Position numbers and translations under genes: made by a program. The notes below the pieces were generated by a model. It was not told the origin of the DNA. It worked only from the letters and a program-made list of their open reading frames with translations, and did not search any database. 64,000 nucleotides of DNA from positions 1,550,001-1,614,000 of the forward strand of contig ML978124.1 in the NCBI GenBank assembly GCA_010015805.1, given 5' to 3'. The stretch comes from Rhizodiscina lignyota (taxonomy: Eukaryota). Shown here piece by piece: positions 50,476-61,234 of this stretch. Position 1 is the stretch's first letter. Each line of letters begins with the position of its first letter.

Positions 50476-53400
50476 ATGGAGGGGTCCGCCACCGTTTTCC
50501 AAACCGTACACTCCGAACCTTCCAATCGATGATGCTGCGAACCACTGACACTGAATAGCTGAAGCCATTCTGCATCAAACTGAGCCAAGTTGCACTGTCT
50601 TTTTCCTCCGGTAGAGCTACTGCGACCGAAGTGGGTAATGCTCAAGCGGACCTTCTCCAGACTTTGAAGGCCATCCGCCGCTCGAACGATGCTGCCTTAA
50701 ACGACAAGCTGGCAGACTATGTCTTCTTCCCGCTTTCTCACGTCTTAAGACAGCATCAAAAGCTACCCGGCAGAGTGCTCGAGTCCTGTCTCGAATGCGT
50801 TTCAATTTTGCTAAAAACAGCGTGGAGTTCGCATATCGAGCCCAAGCTCGGCGTCCAGCTCCTGATCCTCCTTACCATTTTGGTAGACCCGGATGCCAAG
50901 GAGGACGTCAAAGCAAAGCGTACAGAAGAGTTCCAAACGGTAGTTTTCGACTGCTTTGCCGATATTCTTCGCTCCCTCAGTCAGACGAAAGACGGCCGGG
51001 CTGCGCTCTTGTCTACTTCGAACGTGCCATATCTAGGGAAGGCTGTCTTCGAGCTGCTAGATGGCCTCTCCAATGGTCCATCACAAGTGATTCAGCTTGC
51101 CGCCTTGAGTGCGGTCCAAGCGTTCATTGACGCTGTAGATGATCGAGAGGCGTTGTCCACAAGCTTTTTACCCGGCATCGTCTCGGCTTTTCAAAAGATC
51201 CTCATTCCGTCGACTTCATCACCAAGGTCATATAGGATCTTGGTAGGATGTTTGGATTCACTCACATCACTCCTTGTTCGAGTGCTCGGGGACGAGGTGA
51301 CTCAGGATCTTGCGGCCGCGAGCAAAGACACGGAGCCAGAGGGCCGACCTAATGGCAAACTCGATACCCCATGGCTCACTGCAACGGCCTCACAAATCAG
51401 AATGGTACTTGCAACTGTAGTGAAACTTCGGTCTCACACTCGAGTCGAGGTTAGAGAAGGTCTCCTTAGACTCTGTGTCAGCCTTATCAGCCATTGCAGG
51501 AAATCTCTTGGGGAATCGATGCCCTTCTTAATAGAGACTGCCATCACACTTGAATCTACCAAAGATGCCTCTGGAAGCTCGACAGAGCTCGAGACACTCC
51601 TCAGGATGGACAGCGGCTTGGCGGACCTGCTCCAGACTACCTTATACAATTGGGTTGTTTCGCTTCCTCGCTTTATGCAATCTCCCGATGAGTCAAAGAA
51701 GCAAAATCTCATTGAACAAATTGCGACCGCATTCAAATTACTCTCCGACCTTGGTTTAGACACCTCCATGGTGGATCGTACATTGGCCAGTCATCTTCGT
51801 GACAGCGTCGTCAGTACCTTGCAGACCTTGAAATCTGAAAAGGTACAAGAATCAACAGCAATTGCAACCACCCCTCATCTAGTCGACTCTCTTCTGCCGC
51901 AATCGAGGGTTACTGAGTTCAATGCACTCACCCTTGGACCTCGCGCCTCCGAAGCAACGACAAAAACATTAACCGATTTTATCGGACAGCTATCAGGATA
52001 CGACTCATCGCTCCCGATAGCGAAGCAGCTTGTTGCGTCAATCTATCAAAATGATGGAGTGCCACAGCTAGCCTCTTTCTGGACCTCGTTACAATTCGTT
52101 CGATCCGGTTTGACACAACGATCGGATACGAAAGATTTCCTCAGCATACAGTCGTCGGCCCAAGAGTTGCTTGAGAACTTACTCGAGGAGCTCTATTCCT
52201 TCTCCCTTGAACTCGTGGAGCCGTCCGTCTTTGAGAGAGAGCATGACTGGCGGATGCAAGCCCTTGGACTGGAGACTATCTCATTGAAGGCGCGCCATCT
52301 CAAGGAAGATTTCCAGAACGAGCTCGTCGAAGCTCTCTACCCAATCGTCCACCTCGTGGGCTCGGAAAACGCTGCTCTTCGCCAGCACGCTATGACCTGT
52401 CTGAATGTAGTTGCATCAGCTTGTGGCTACGCTGACGCGAAGGAGCTCATTATCTCCAACGTGGACTACCTAGTCAATGCCGTCGCTCTGAAGCTAAACA
52501 CTTTCGACATCTCACCGCAGGCTCCACAAGTCCTGTTAATGATGGTCAAGCTGTCCGGGCCACGGCTTTTGCCGTACTTGGATGATTTGGTGGAGAGCAT
52601 GTTCGCTGCTTTGGATTCATACCATGGGTATCCGAAGCTGGTGGAGACGTTATTTGGCGTTCTGCTAGCCATTGCTCAGGAGGGAGCTAACACAGAACAG
52701 CTTGCGATTACAATGACGGATGAGCAACTACAGAGTCCTCTGAGGATGACAGTCGAAAGTCTGGCGGAAAATTTACGAAGTCTTAAGCGCAAGAGGGAGG
52801 AGCACGAATCGGAAGACCTTGCCATCAGAGAATCCACGTCACATCATCCTGAACAACCCTGGAATAAGGCTACAGAGGATAATGAAAAGGAGGACGGATC
52901 GCCGGAGCCTGAGACCGAGGACGAGCAGGCCAACGACGATACGGCCGACGTTGAGAACGCCAACCCACCGGCGCCAAGGACATATTCTATCCTTTTGAAA
53001 ATATCAGAACTCACACAACATTACCTCACATCGTCTTCACCTTCACTGCGAACATCGCTATTGGCAATGCTCCACACCACATTTCCAGCACTAGCAAAGC
53101 ACGAAAACTCCTTTCTTCCACTCATCAATACGCTTTGGCCAGTAGTCGTGGCGCGCCTCGATGATCAGGAAACATATATTGTTGCGAACGCCACTGAGAC
53201 TATTGCATGCATGTGCATATATGCAGGAAACTTTATGAGAAGTAGGATCACTGGCCTGTGGGATGAACTGAAGAAGCTTGCAAGGATGAGGGCAGAGCTT
53301 AGTGGCAGGAGGAAAGCGAATAAGACTCTGCCTAAGGTATCAAGACCAGAAGATACCTCCGTAAAGGCACCGTCTCTGGCGATCGCTTCGCAGAGACAAG

Positions 53401-53711
53401 TCGTTCAGCATCGTGAGACAACCACATACGTGGAAGCTCCGACGCGCATGTTGCGAGAAAGCATCATAAACCTCTTCATTGCGATTTTAGATCATGTTGA
53501 AGTAGACGATGACATCTTCGACGACATGCTGGACATTCTGACTCCTTTCCTCATGGCGCGGGTGGATGTGAAGGAGGCTCTCGGGCGGCGGAACGAAGAC
53601 GCAGTTTGGCTTAAGCTACTGCGGCTACAACCCGAACGTGCTGTCGCCATAGAGCAATCTAAGGATGCAGATGAGAGAGGTGGGGCTTGGGGATTTGCTC
53701 TGGTAGAATGA
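50476..53711 (+). CDS. TTI1: TEL2-interacting protein 1 (TTT complex HEAT-repeat subunit)
   Basis: MEGSATVFQT|LKPFCIKLS (intron 50506-50558) leads into KLADYVFFPLSH, FLPGIVS, NVDYLVNAVALKL and FLPLINTLWP over >1000 aa of helical repeats. Confidence 0.88.
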
Positions 53712-54378
53712 TTAGGTTGCTTGTGGTCGCGAAGGCAAGTAGCAGGGTGGTGTCGCATCTGACAATGTGGAAGTCGCGACACAACCACGCGGCTGACCGG
53801 TATAAGCCACAGCCGAATTCCGCGCTTGTAAATACTGGCTAAATCTTCTCAATAGGTCACGCGTGGTATACCGCCCGAGCGTGGAATTAGATTCTGTTCG
53901 GGCCTTCATCGTGGATTCGTGTCTCACAATTCCCCCTTTTGGTATAGAGTGAATCATCACCGCGTGGCCGAGTAAGCGCAACATGCAAGAGCTGTCAATG
54001 GAACGAGTTCTGGAGACAGAATTTTCAATTGCGCAGACCGTTGCTATTTGAAAGCCGCTCAATGCCGACCCCGAGTGCCAACATATGTTGTAACATTAGC
54101 TGGGCCTCATCACTCGGTGCAGAACGACACCCAACACTTCCGCAATTCGGCCTTGGCATTCCCCTGTCACCGAAAAGTTTAAACGCAACTCGCATGTTCA
54201 TTTTGTTCTGCTTCACTACCACGCTCTCTTCTCTCTTTCTTCACCACAACGCGGACGCTCTCCTCCACAACCACAACAAACACCTCTTTCCCGACACAGA
54301 ACTCAAACATTCTCATCCTACCACCCTCTATTTCGCGTGTTTACTCTAAGAACAGAGTTACGAAGACTGTCAGTCAAG

Positions 54379-56061
54379 ATGTGCAAGGACACATTCATTC
54401 ACTACGCGTGCGGATGCGTGGAGAAGGACGTGCCTGAAATATGCGACTTTTGGCGACAACTTTCGAATCACCCGCTTAACTACTATCTGTGTGACTATTG
54501 GGACATCGGCCAGGACAATCGTCCACATGCGTGTGTGAAAGCGGAATGTCAAGTGGCGTTCCAGCAGGCACAGCTGCGCGCTGCGCAAGCGCAGCAGGAC
54601 GCCGAGCAGCGTCGTCGAGATTTCGAGAATCGATTAATCGCAAGAATTCGTCAAATCGAGCGGCAGATGGTGGAATATACGAGGAACAACGCTCCCGTTC
54701 CGCTGGTGCTGGAACAGGAGTGGTATGGTGTCATCAAAGGATTGATCGAGAGCAAAGGCCCATTGACCTTGATGCCCGGCGGAGCTGCGTGGGTGGACCA
54801 ACTTGACCCAGAGCAGAGGAAGCAACAAGAGAAGGAGGCGTTGCGCATGCTTATGCGTCATCAAAACCTGAAGCTTTCTCGTCGCCTGAGAGAAGAAGCC
54901 GAAAGGCAACAGCAAAGGGAACTTAGGGAAGCTCGAGTGCACATGGCTGCAGCTGGCATCGCAATGCCTAGTGCTGGACCGTCTAACATGGCATTGAATT
55001 ATGAGATGGGACCAACCACTATGTCGAACCCGTATACCGTCTACCCGATGCCGAATACTGGCCCAGGCACCATGATGCCGCCGCCACCGCCGCCAAACCT
55101 TGGAATGGGATCGAACAACCTCATTCACCCATTCGCGGACGACTACACCATGTCTGATGTCGGATCGAGCAGCATGATGTTGCCGGTCCCTCCAATTCCA
55201 GCGAACTTCTTCCACCCCAACTTCACCCCCAACTTCACAACGCCACCTGCCGTACCGACTGCTACGGTGCCGGAATACCGAAGCGGTGGTATTGCAATAA
55301 CAAACCCCTTCTTCAATGCCTATGCCATGGCAAATGCTGGACCATCCGACACAATGTCGAACAGTGGAATAGGACCGAGTACGACGACAATTGGTGAATC
55401 GTCTACCGAAACGTTGGATCATGCTAGCGAAACGTTGGATCATGACATGGGAACAAACACGATGATGATTCCCCAGCAACCGATGAGCCCGTGGGCAAGT
55501 ACTGCAGGAAGCATGTACCACGCGCTCCAAGCTGCTGAGCAACAAGGCCCTGGATTCATCGACCCGTCGACGATCATGAACCTTGACAATGTTGGAGGAG
55601 CGATGGGAGGCTCGCCCGGAGCAGGTCAGATAGCGACCCTTTCGGGAATGTACATCGGTCCGCACGAAGGCCATGCAGACCACAGGGGTAATGTAGACCT
55701 GGACAAGTTACCTGAGGACGCTCTTACTACTGCTGCTGGAACAGGTGCTACAAGGGAGGCGCTTGGAGACGAGATTGATGTGGGACACACCGCTCTGACG
55801 AGCAACCCTACAAGAATGGACACTGCTATGCTTACACATATTAGGAGGCCGGTTTATCTACCGCAGTTCGAGAGCGGTATTACCCGTTCTCAAGCAATGA
55901 GCCGCGCGAGGGCCGCGGTGAGCAGCACTGAGGTGCTTGCTCACAAGATCTTCAGGTCGCAGAGGGAGGGGGGGCCGGTAGAGGTAGGGGAGGGGGTGGA
56001 ACTTTGCTATTTTGCTATTATTACAAGCGTGACGCTGGCACAGCGTGCGCCGGGACTTTAG
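54379..56061 (+). CDS. Orphan protein (~560 aa): Cys-rich N-terminus, coiled coil, Met/Pro/Gly internal repeats
   Basis: Long ORF starting MCKDTFIHYACGC. The 3' end may be spliced further. Confidence 0.7.
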   Translation: MCKDTFIHYACGCVEKDVPEICDFWRQLSNHPLNYYLCDYWDIGQDNRPHACVKAECQVAFQQAQLRAAQAQQDAEQRRRDFENRLIARIRQIERQMVEYTRNNAPVPLVLEQEWYGVIKGLIESKGPLTLMPGGAAWVDQLDPEQRKQQEKEALRMLMRHQNLKLSRRLREEAERQQQRELREARVHMAAAGIAMPSAGPSNMALNYEMGPTTMSNPYTVYPMPNTGPGTMMPPPPPPNLGMGSNNLIHPFADDYTMSDVGSSSMMLPVPPIPANFFHPNFTPNFTTPPAVPTATVPEYRSGGIAITNPFFNAYAMANAGPSDTMSNSGIGPSTTTIGESSTETLDHASETLDHDMGTNTMMIPQQPMSPWASTAGSMYHALQAAEQQGPGFIDPSTIMNLDNVGGAMGGSPGAGQIATLSGMYIGPHEGHADHRGNVDLDKLPEDALTTAAGTGATREALGDEIDVGHTALTSNPTRMDTAMLTHIRRPVYLPQFESGITRSQAMSRARAAVSSTEVLAHKIFRSQREGGPVEVGEGVELCYFAIITSVTLAQRAPGL

Positions 56062-56180
56062 GGTAGATACCACACGGGGCAAGGGTTTGCCCCGGCCTCT
56101 TTAGGCAAAAATGAACTGCTGTTTTGTTACACGAAATGCGTTTGAAATGCTAGCTATGTGTTGATTTATCTCCCCTGCCA

Positions 56181-56324
56181 GTTTCTGGCGATCGAACGAG
56201 ACCCGTAACGGCGCCCCTTTTACACGACATCAAGAAGCAAATCTTCCAAGGCAGGCCGGGTAGGCTGCTCCCTACCAACCTCGAATATAAACTCACTGAT
56301 ATGCGGAAGTGTTTTAGAAGTGCT
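56181..56324. repeat. Fold-back repeat family, copy 1
   Basis: gtttctggcgatcgaacgagac...gacatcaagaagcaaatcttccaaggcagg...gctccctaccaacctcgaa...gatatgcggaag...agaagtgct aligns with copies 2 and 3. Confidence 0.9.
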
Positions 56325-56364
56325 GAAGTTGAATCTAAAGAGCCTTATTTAGCGAGGGAGAAAT

Positions 56365-56490
56365 ATCGAACAAGGTCCGGGCTGGCGTTCCTCTGGCGCG
56401 ACATCGAGAAGCAAATCTTCCAAGGCAGGCTGCTCCCTACCAACCTCGAACGTATACTCAGTGATATGCGGAGGTTTCTTGGAAGTGCTA
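56365..56490. repeat. Fold-back repeat family, copy 2 (tandem to copy 1)
   Basis: Reads atcgaacaagg...gacatcgagaagcaaatcttccaaggcaggctgctccctaccaacctcgaa...gatatgcggagg...ggaagtgct. Confidence 0.9.
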
Positions 56491-56507
56491 AATGTAAAGC
56501 TAATCGA

Positions 56508-56686
56508 GGCCCTGTTTGGGCAGCCAGGAATGTCGCATCTTAGGCTGACTTCAATATAGAAGCGATATCGAGATCATGAACTGGAGACCTGAGTATAAAG
56601 AACAGGTGAAGAACAGCTGTTAACAGTACTGACAAAGCCCATGGGGATCATATATATATGAGATATCTAGCTTGCTAAACAGGGCC
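56508..56686. mobile_element. Candidate Tourist/PIF-Harbinger-like MITE (179 bp)
   Basis: Perfect 10-bp inverted termini GGCCCTGTTT / AAACAGGGCC (14/17 when extended). TTA lies on the right flank, but the left flank is CGA, so the target-site duplication is imperfect. Confidence 0.45.
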
Positions 56687-57244
56687 TTAGTCTTTCAAGT
56701 TTCAACCGCAGCTCGCAGGAGGTACTACCCATTCTCGAGCACCGAGCCACGATACAGGTGCGACCAACCAATTGACGACCACCCGGTCACTTAAGAAACA
56801 AAAAAGTTGAGTCATGGCTATAATATGTCGAATGGCAAGCACGGATACTCTCATTAATCATTACAAGTCATACACCCTAGAGTTACGCCATTTGGATAAG
56901 GACCAGTTGATGTATGTTCAATTGAGCTTTCACTGATGCTCTCCTTTATGTTGAAAAACAAAACCCGTTCTTACTCCATCCTTGCAGGTCTACCAGGCTC
57001 GACTATTATTGACTGGCCTATGAACGACTAATTCATTGACGACTGGCCGGTCAACAGTGTTGACGTACCTGAGAATAAGGTACTCTTGCCATACAAGGAA
57101 CAGGAACCCGCTCGATGGGAAGGCGTTCGAAATTTGCTGCATTTGCTGAACAAGCGCTAATCTCACGAAATGAACCTGAGGCAAGACGGGAAGTCGTTTA
57201 GAGGCGCTTGCAATTTGCTTAATTTGCCGAACACTACTGTGAAG

Positions 57245-58505
57245 CTACCTGATAAAAGGTATGCCAATCCAAGTCCTCAATCGATACTGTACGTAGTCGT
57301 CTCCAAAGAATTTGACGAGATGCTCCTCTTCATCTGTGCGAAAATGTTAGCAGCCCATCTGAATTTGCGCTTCAAAGCCCCTCGCCATACGAAGGCGCTA
57401 GTTTCCGGCGAGCGAACGAGACTTGCAACGGCGTTGCCTTCTCTGTGACATGGAGAAGAAATCTTCTAAGGCAGGCGAGGCAAGTTACTTCCTGACAACT
57501 TCGAATGCAACTTCACCGACGTGAGGAAGCTTCTTAGAAGTGCTAGGGGCAACTTTAATAGCGTGGCTCCGCAGACTGTTCGCTCGCTGGAAACTAGCTC
57601 CTTCATATTGAAAAGAACGCGATATCTCGCCCTTTTGTGCTCGTCGACGTCGTCGTCGCAAGAGAGGAAATGGTAGGCTTACGCGCAATCCGATGGTTAA
57701 AGAAATCCCAGAGCACCACAAGGTATACCCAGAAACAGATCGCATTGCCCAGAAACACCTGCAGTCCCACGGCCCACCAGAAGAAGCCGAAATAGCTCGG
57801 ATGTCTCAACACAGCGTAGATGCCCGTTGTAACAAGTCTATGATCCCTCGCCTTCTTCGTTTGAACCTTGTGGTTGAAGCTGGTACCGGCATGCGCCATA
57901 GCCATACTCCTGCATAGCTGGCCTATGGCCATTACAACCAATGCGCCCCATTGTACCGGCTCGTAAGTAAAGTGTGACTGCCAGCGCGGGAAGAAGAGGC
58001 TCGTGACGGTCGTTTCGAGAAGCGCGCAGAAGTTCGCGACGGTATACTGCCAGCCGTTGTTGAAAAGGAGGAAGGTGGAAGTCGTCGCTTTTGGAACGTT
58101 GAATCGTGCGTGCGTCCAGAACTCGAGGAAGTGGAACAGTGCGAGGGCGCCGAGGAGAAAGAACACGCGCCATGCCCGTGATGGGTCCGATGCTTCGAGA
58201 GAAAGAGCAGCATTGGCTGCTAGCGGGATGCTGAGGCCTAATGTAATTCCTAGAAAGAAAGCGCGCAGACCGATGCCAGACTGTGAGCGCTTGTGACCAG
58301 GAAGAAGTTCGTCAAAGACGACAAGTGGAGGGGGGCTGGCGGTCGTATTTCTCGGCAAGGTCGCGTCCCCTTTTGGAGTCCAATTGCCTTTCTCTTCAGG
58401 CCTATCTAGAGGCCATGATATTTGAGGGTCTCCGCCATCGTGGCCATTCGCGTGATGGTAGTCACCGTTGGTAGTTTCGAAGTTCGGAATCAGCGGGTCT
58501 GCCAT
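57245..58505 (-). CDS. STE14: Isoprenylcysteine carboxyl methyltransferase (2 exons; 349-nt intron 57334-57682)
   Basis: Contains FHFLEF, GQLCRSMAMAHAGTSFNH, HRLVTTGIYAVLRHPSYFGFFWW and, after splicing, RIA|HEEEHLVKFFGDDYVQYRLRTWIGIPFIR*. Confidence 0.95.
57386..57610. mobile_element. Fold-back repeat family copy 3 with 33-bp inverted arms, inside the STE14 intron (MITE-like or structured intronic element)
   Basis: Arm 57386-57418 matches the reverse complement of 57578-57610 at 29/33. The interior 57401-57545 aligns with copies 1 and 2. Confidence 0.7.
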
Positions 58506-58909
58506 TGGGACAAGCTAGTTTCGTCCACACAGAAGAAGAAGAAGAGTAAAAGGGTGGTGAAAGAGAAGAAGAGAAGACATGAGAACAAACGACAGACTGC
58601 GGAAAGGGTATCAGAAGCGAAGAACAAAGAAGGTCCAGGGGCTTGGTGTTTGTCAGTCGCGCAAAGCGTAAATTTGGAACAATGACGTTTCTGCACGCGG
58701 CTGCATCTGCATGATTCGCGTTCCGCTCAGGGAAACCCTTGCAAACCGGCACCCAGGCTTGCATGCAGACGCGATACGCGCTAAGCCGGCGTTTACTCTG
58801 TCGATGTAACGAGGTAGCTCGGCCTCGAAATTCTACCATTCCACCGTACTAATTATAAGCCATTGGCTGTCGAACACAGCAATCTTATCAGAACCAGTCG
58901 AGTCCCATC

Positions 58910-59719
58910 ATGGATTTCAAAGAAGAGAAGGCAAAGATGGCTCGTGGCGAGCTGTACCACGCCTTTATTCCGGAACTCGTGGCCGAACGAATGAGATGTA
59001 GTCAAGCCCGTGCTAGGTTCAACGCTACAGCGGACGCAACAAGGCGCCAGAGGGTGCAGATGTGGAGGGAGTAAGTACGTGAACATGTTATTACTATCAC
59101 TGTCATTCTCAGATGCTGACCACTCCAAGTATCACCAACGATCCCACTCCTCTTCCGCCCCCAGCTCCTACAGAAGAGGAAGACGATGCGCTTTTCGATG
59201 ATGACGCATGGGTTGAGCCGCCGATTTTCATAGATTACGGCTACAATGTGCGGCTTGGAAAGAATGTCTTCCTGAATTGGAACACGACAATCATAGACAC
59301 GTGCACTGTCACGATTGGAGACCGTACTCTCTTCGGTCCCAATTGCTCCCTATTCAGCGGCACTCACCCTCTAGACCCTAGCGTCCGGAACGGGACACAA
59401 GGACCGGAGTCAGGCAAGCCGATTTGGATCGGCGAAGATTGCTGGATCGGAGGTAATGTCGTTATCCTTCCTGGCGTGAGGATCGGAAGAGGGTCAACAG
59501 TAGGAGCAGGTAGTGTCGTGACTAAGGTATGGAAGCATGTATGCTTGATTATGGGCAGAATTGACGAGAGCGTAGGATGTGCCAGCCTTCCATGTTGTCG
59601 CAGGCAACCCAGCGAGGATTCTGCGAAAGATCGAGACTACCATGGACCCATCCCAAGCCAATTCCGACACTCAAGATAAAGTCGAAGGTGCCGAGGTACC
59701 CATGGCGAAAGCAACATGA
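58910..59719 (+). CDS. Maltose/galactoside O-acetyltransferase-like (left-handed beta-helix; 3 exons)
   Basis: Contains EKAKMARGELYHAF, VEPPIFIDYGYNVRLG, IGEDCWIGGNVVILPGVRIGRGSTVGAGSVVTK and DVPAFHVVAGNPARILR. Confidence 0.92.
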
Positions 59720-59820
59720 ATGGGAGCATATATTGCTTCCTTTAACCGGGTTGCTTCATTTGTGAATTCTGACATAGAATTAGAGGGCTCTAGACTGCCC
59801 TCGCATCGAATAGAACTATA

Positions 59821-61234
59821 TCATAGCCTCGATGTTACCGTCCTCGGGGATTCTATACTGTCTCTTATCAACCTTACAACCTTCTGCGCCGAACCGATCG
59901 AATTCTGATAGCCAGCGCCAGCATGTCCATAAGCATGGCAAACCGTCTTGTCACCTAGTTTCTCGATTTCCACTCTTACACCTCCGGTCCTTCCCGGCCT
60001 AAATCCCACACATACATCGAGCACTTCAAACCCTCCGTCCTTACCCGTCAAGAGCTCTGGTGCCCACTTCTTCGCCCTCTCGATGATCTCCTTCGTCGTC
60101 TCTTCATCAGGCGTCCCCTGCCAGTTGTTTGCCTGCTTCGTCCCGCCGAGGACACTTCGGCCGCCTCCAGGACGCGGCAGGATATACGTCACGTTCGGAT
60201 TGGCTGGATTTTTGTCCTCGACGGTGGTTATGCGTTGAGCTTCTCCCTTCACTATGATTGTTTGTCCGCGAATAGGAAACATCTTCTCGTCCGGAACTAG
60301 GCGCCCCGCTCCAAGCCCAGTTGCATTCACCCAGACATCAACGGTTTTCAGATGTGGTGGTAATAAGGTTTCCGCAAAAGTGAGGGCAGCCGAAAGTCCA
60401 CCATCGGTCGGTAGTGCCGCTCTAATTAGATTTGCGCCAAGGGAGGTTGCGCGCTGCAGGAGATATTTGAGGTACTGTGGCACGTTGATCATGACCGATT
60501 GAAAGGTTGCGGCGGCATGGATACCCGGTAAGAGCTTTGACTTTGGGATAGCTTTGAAGGACAAGACTTGCGGTGCGAACCAGGTACGATTTGGGTCACC
60601 GCCAGGTACCTCAGGGTCGGGATGGACCCTTTTAGGCGGTTTAGCAGTTGCATATTGAGAGATGAGGCATCTTACCAGAAGAAGTGTGAGTCGTAGAGCT
60701 GCATGATTGTCATTGGTCAGCAACCGCGCGAAGTGAATGACCTGAGTGAGACCAGAGTAGAACGAAGACCGGTGACGAAGGAAAGGCTTACCCCTAATCC
60801 GGACACAGGCGCTGATTTGTCACGCCTTTCATTCTCCAGTACGCTCAGCCAGTAATTGTAGCTCTCGACATCCCACTTCTGCTGCTCGTGGTCGTCTAGG
60901 GGAGCATGAGTTCGCCAATGTGCACCCGCCCTGGCCGGAGTTTGTCAGCCGAAGCATAATATAGACACATAATAAAGTAGATTTTCACAAGCAAAAGAAA
61001 TAGATGCTGGACATGATGGAGACTAACCACGGCGATGTGTATTCTATCGATTTGTCTCCTGGAAAATGCTTTGCAATGATCGTGACGCCGTAGCCAGCTT
61101 CGAGAAGTGAAACCGATGTCTGCAAACCAGTTACGCCGGCGCTGAATATGGTCAGAACGGAGGATTAGGGAACAATAAGTTGTGATTCATTCTGCTGACC
61201 CGATGACCACTATTTGAGAACCTGACGATGCCAT
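59821..61234 (-). CDS. DAO1: D-amino-acid oxidase with PTS1 (multi-exon)
   Basis: MASSGSQIVVIG|AGVTGL is followed by YTSPW-AGAHWR, NATGLGA, PIRGQ, GFRPGR, HAYGHAGAGYQNSIG and C-terminal SRL. Confidence 0.92.

Noticed and set aside
54634..55683. 349-aa antisense ORF
   Set aside because: It is a shadow of the + strand 54379 gene and has an implausible His/Arg-rich composition.
56181..56690. CRISPR-like repeat-spacer array
   Set aside because: The context is eukaryotic, the units are long and degenerate with irregular spacing, and no cas genes are present.
57386..57610. Intronic H/ACA or C/D snoRNA interpretation of the STE14 intron element
   Set aside because: The ACA seen in copy 3 is absent from copy 2, and no consistent H, C or D boxes were found.
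57603..57682. ORF-track C-terminus of STE14 (…KPTISSLATTTSTSTKGRDIAFFSI)
   Set aside because: This is read-through into the intron. The conserved ICMT tail (EE..L..FFG..Y..Y....GIPFI) is in the exon at 57245-57333.
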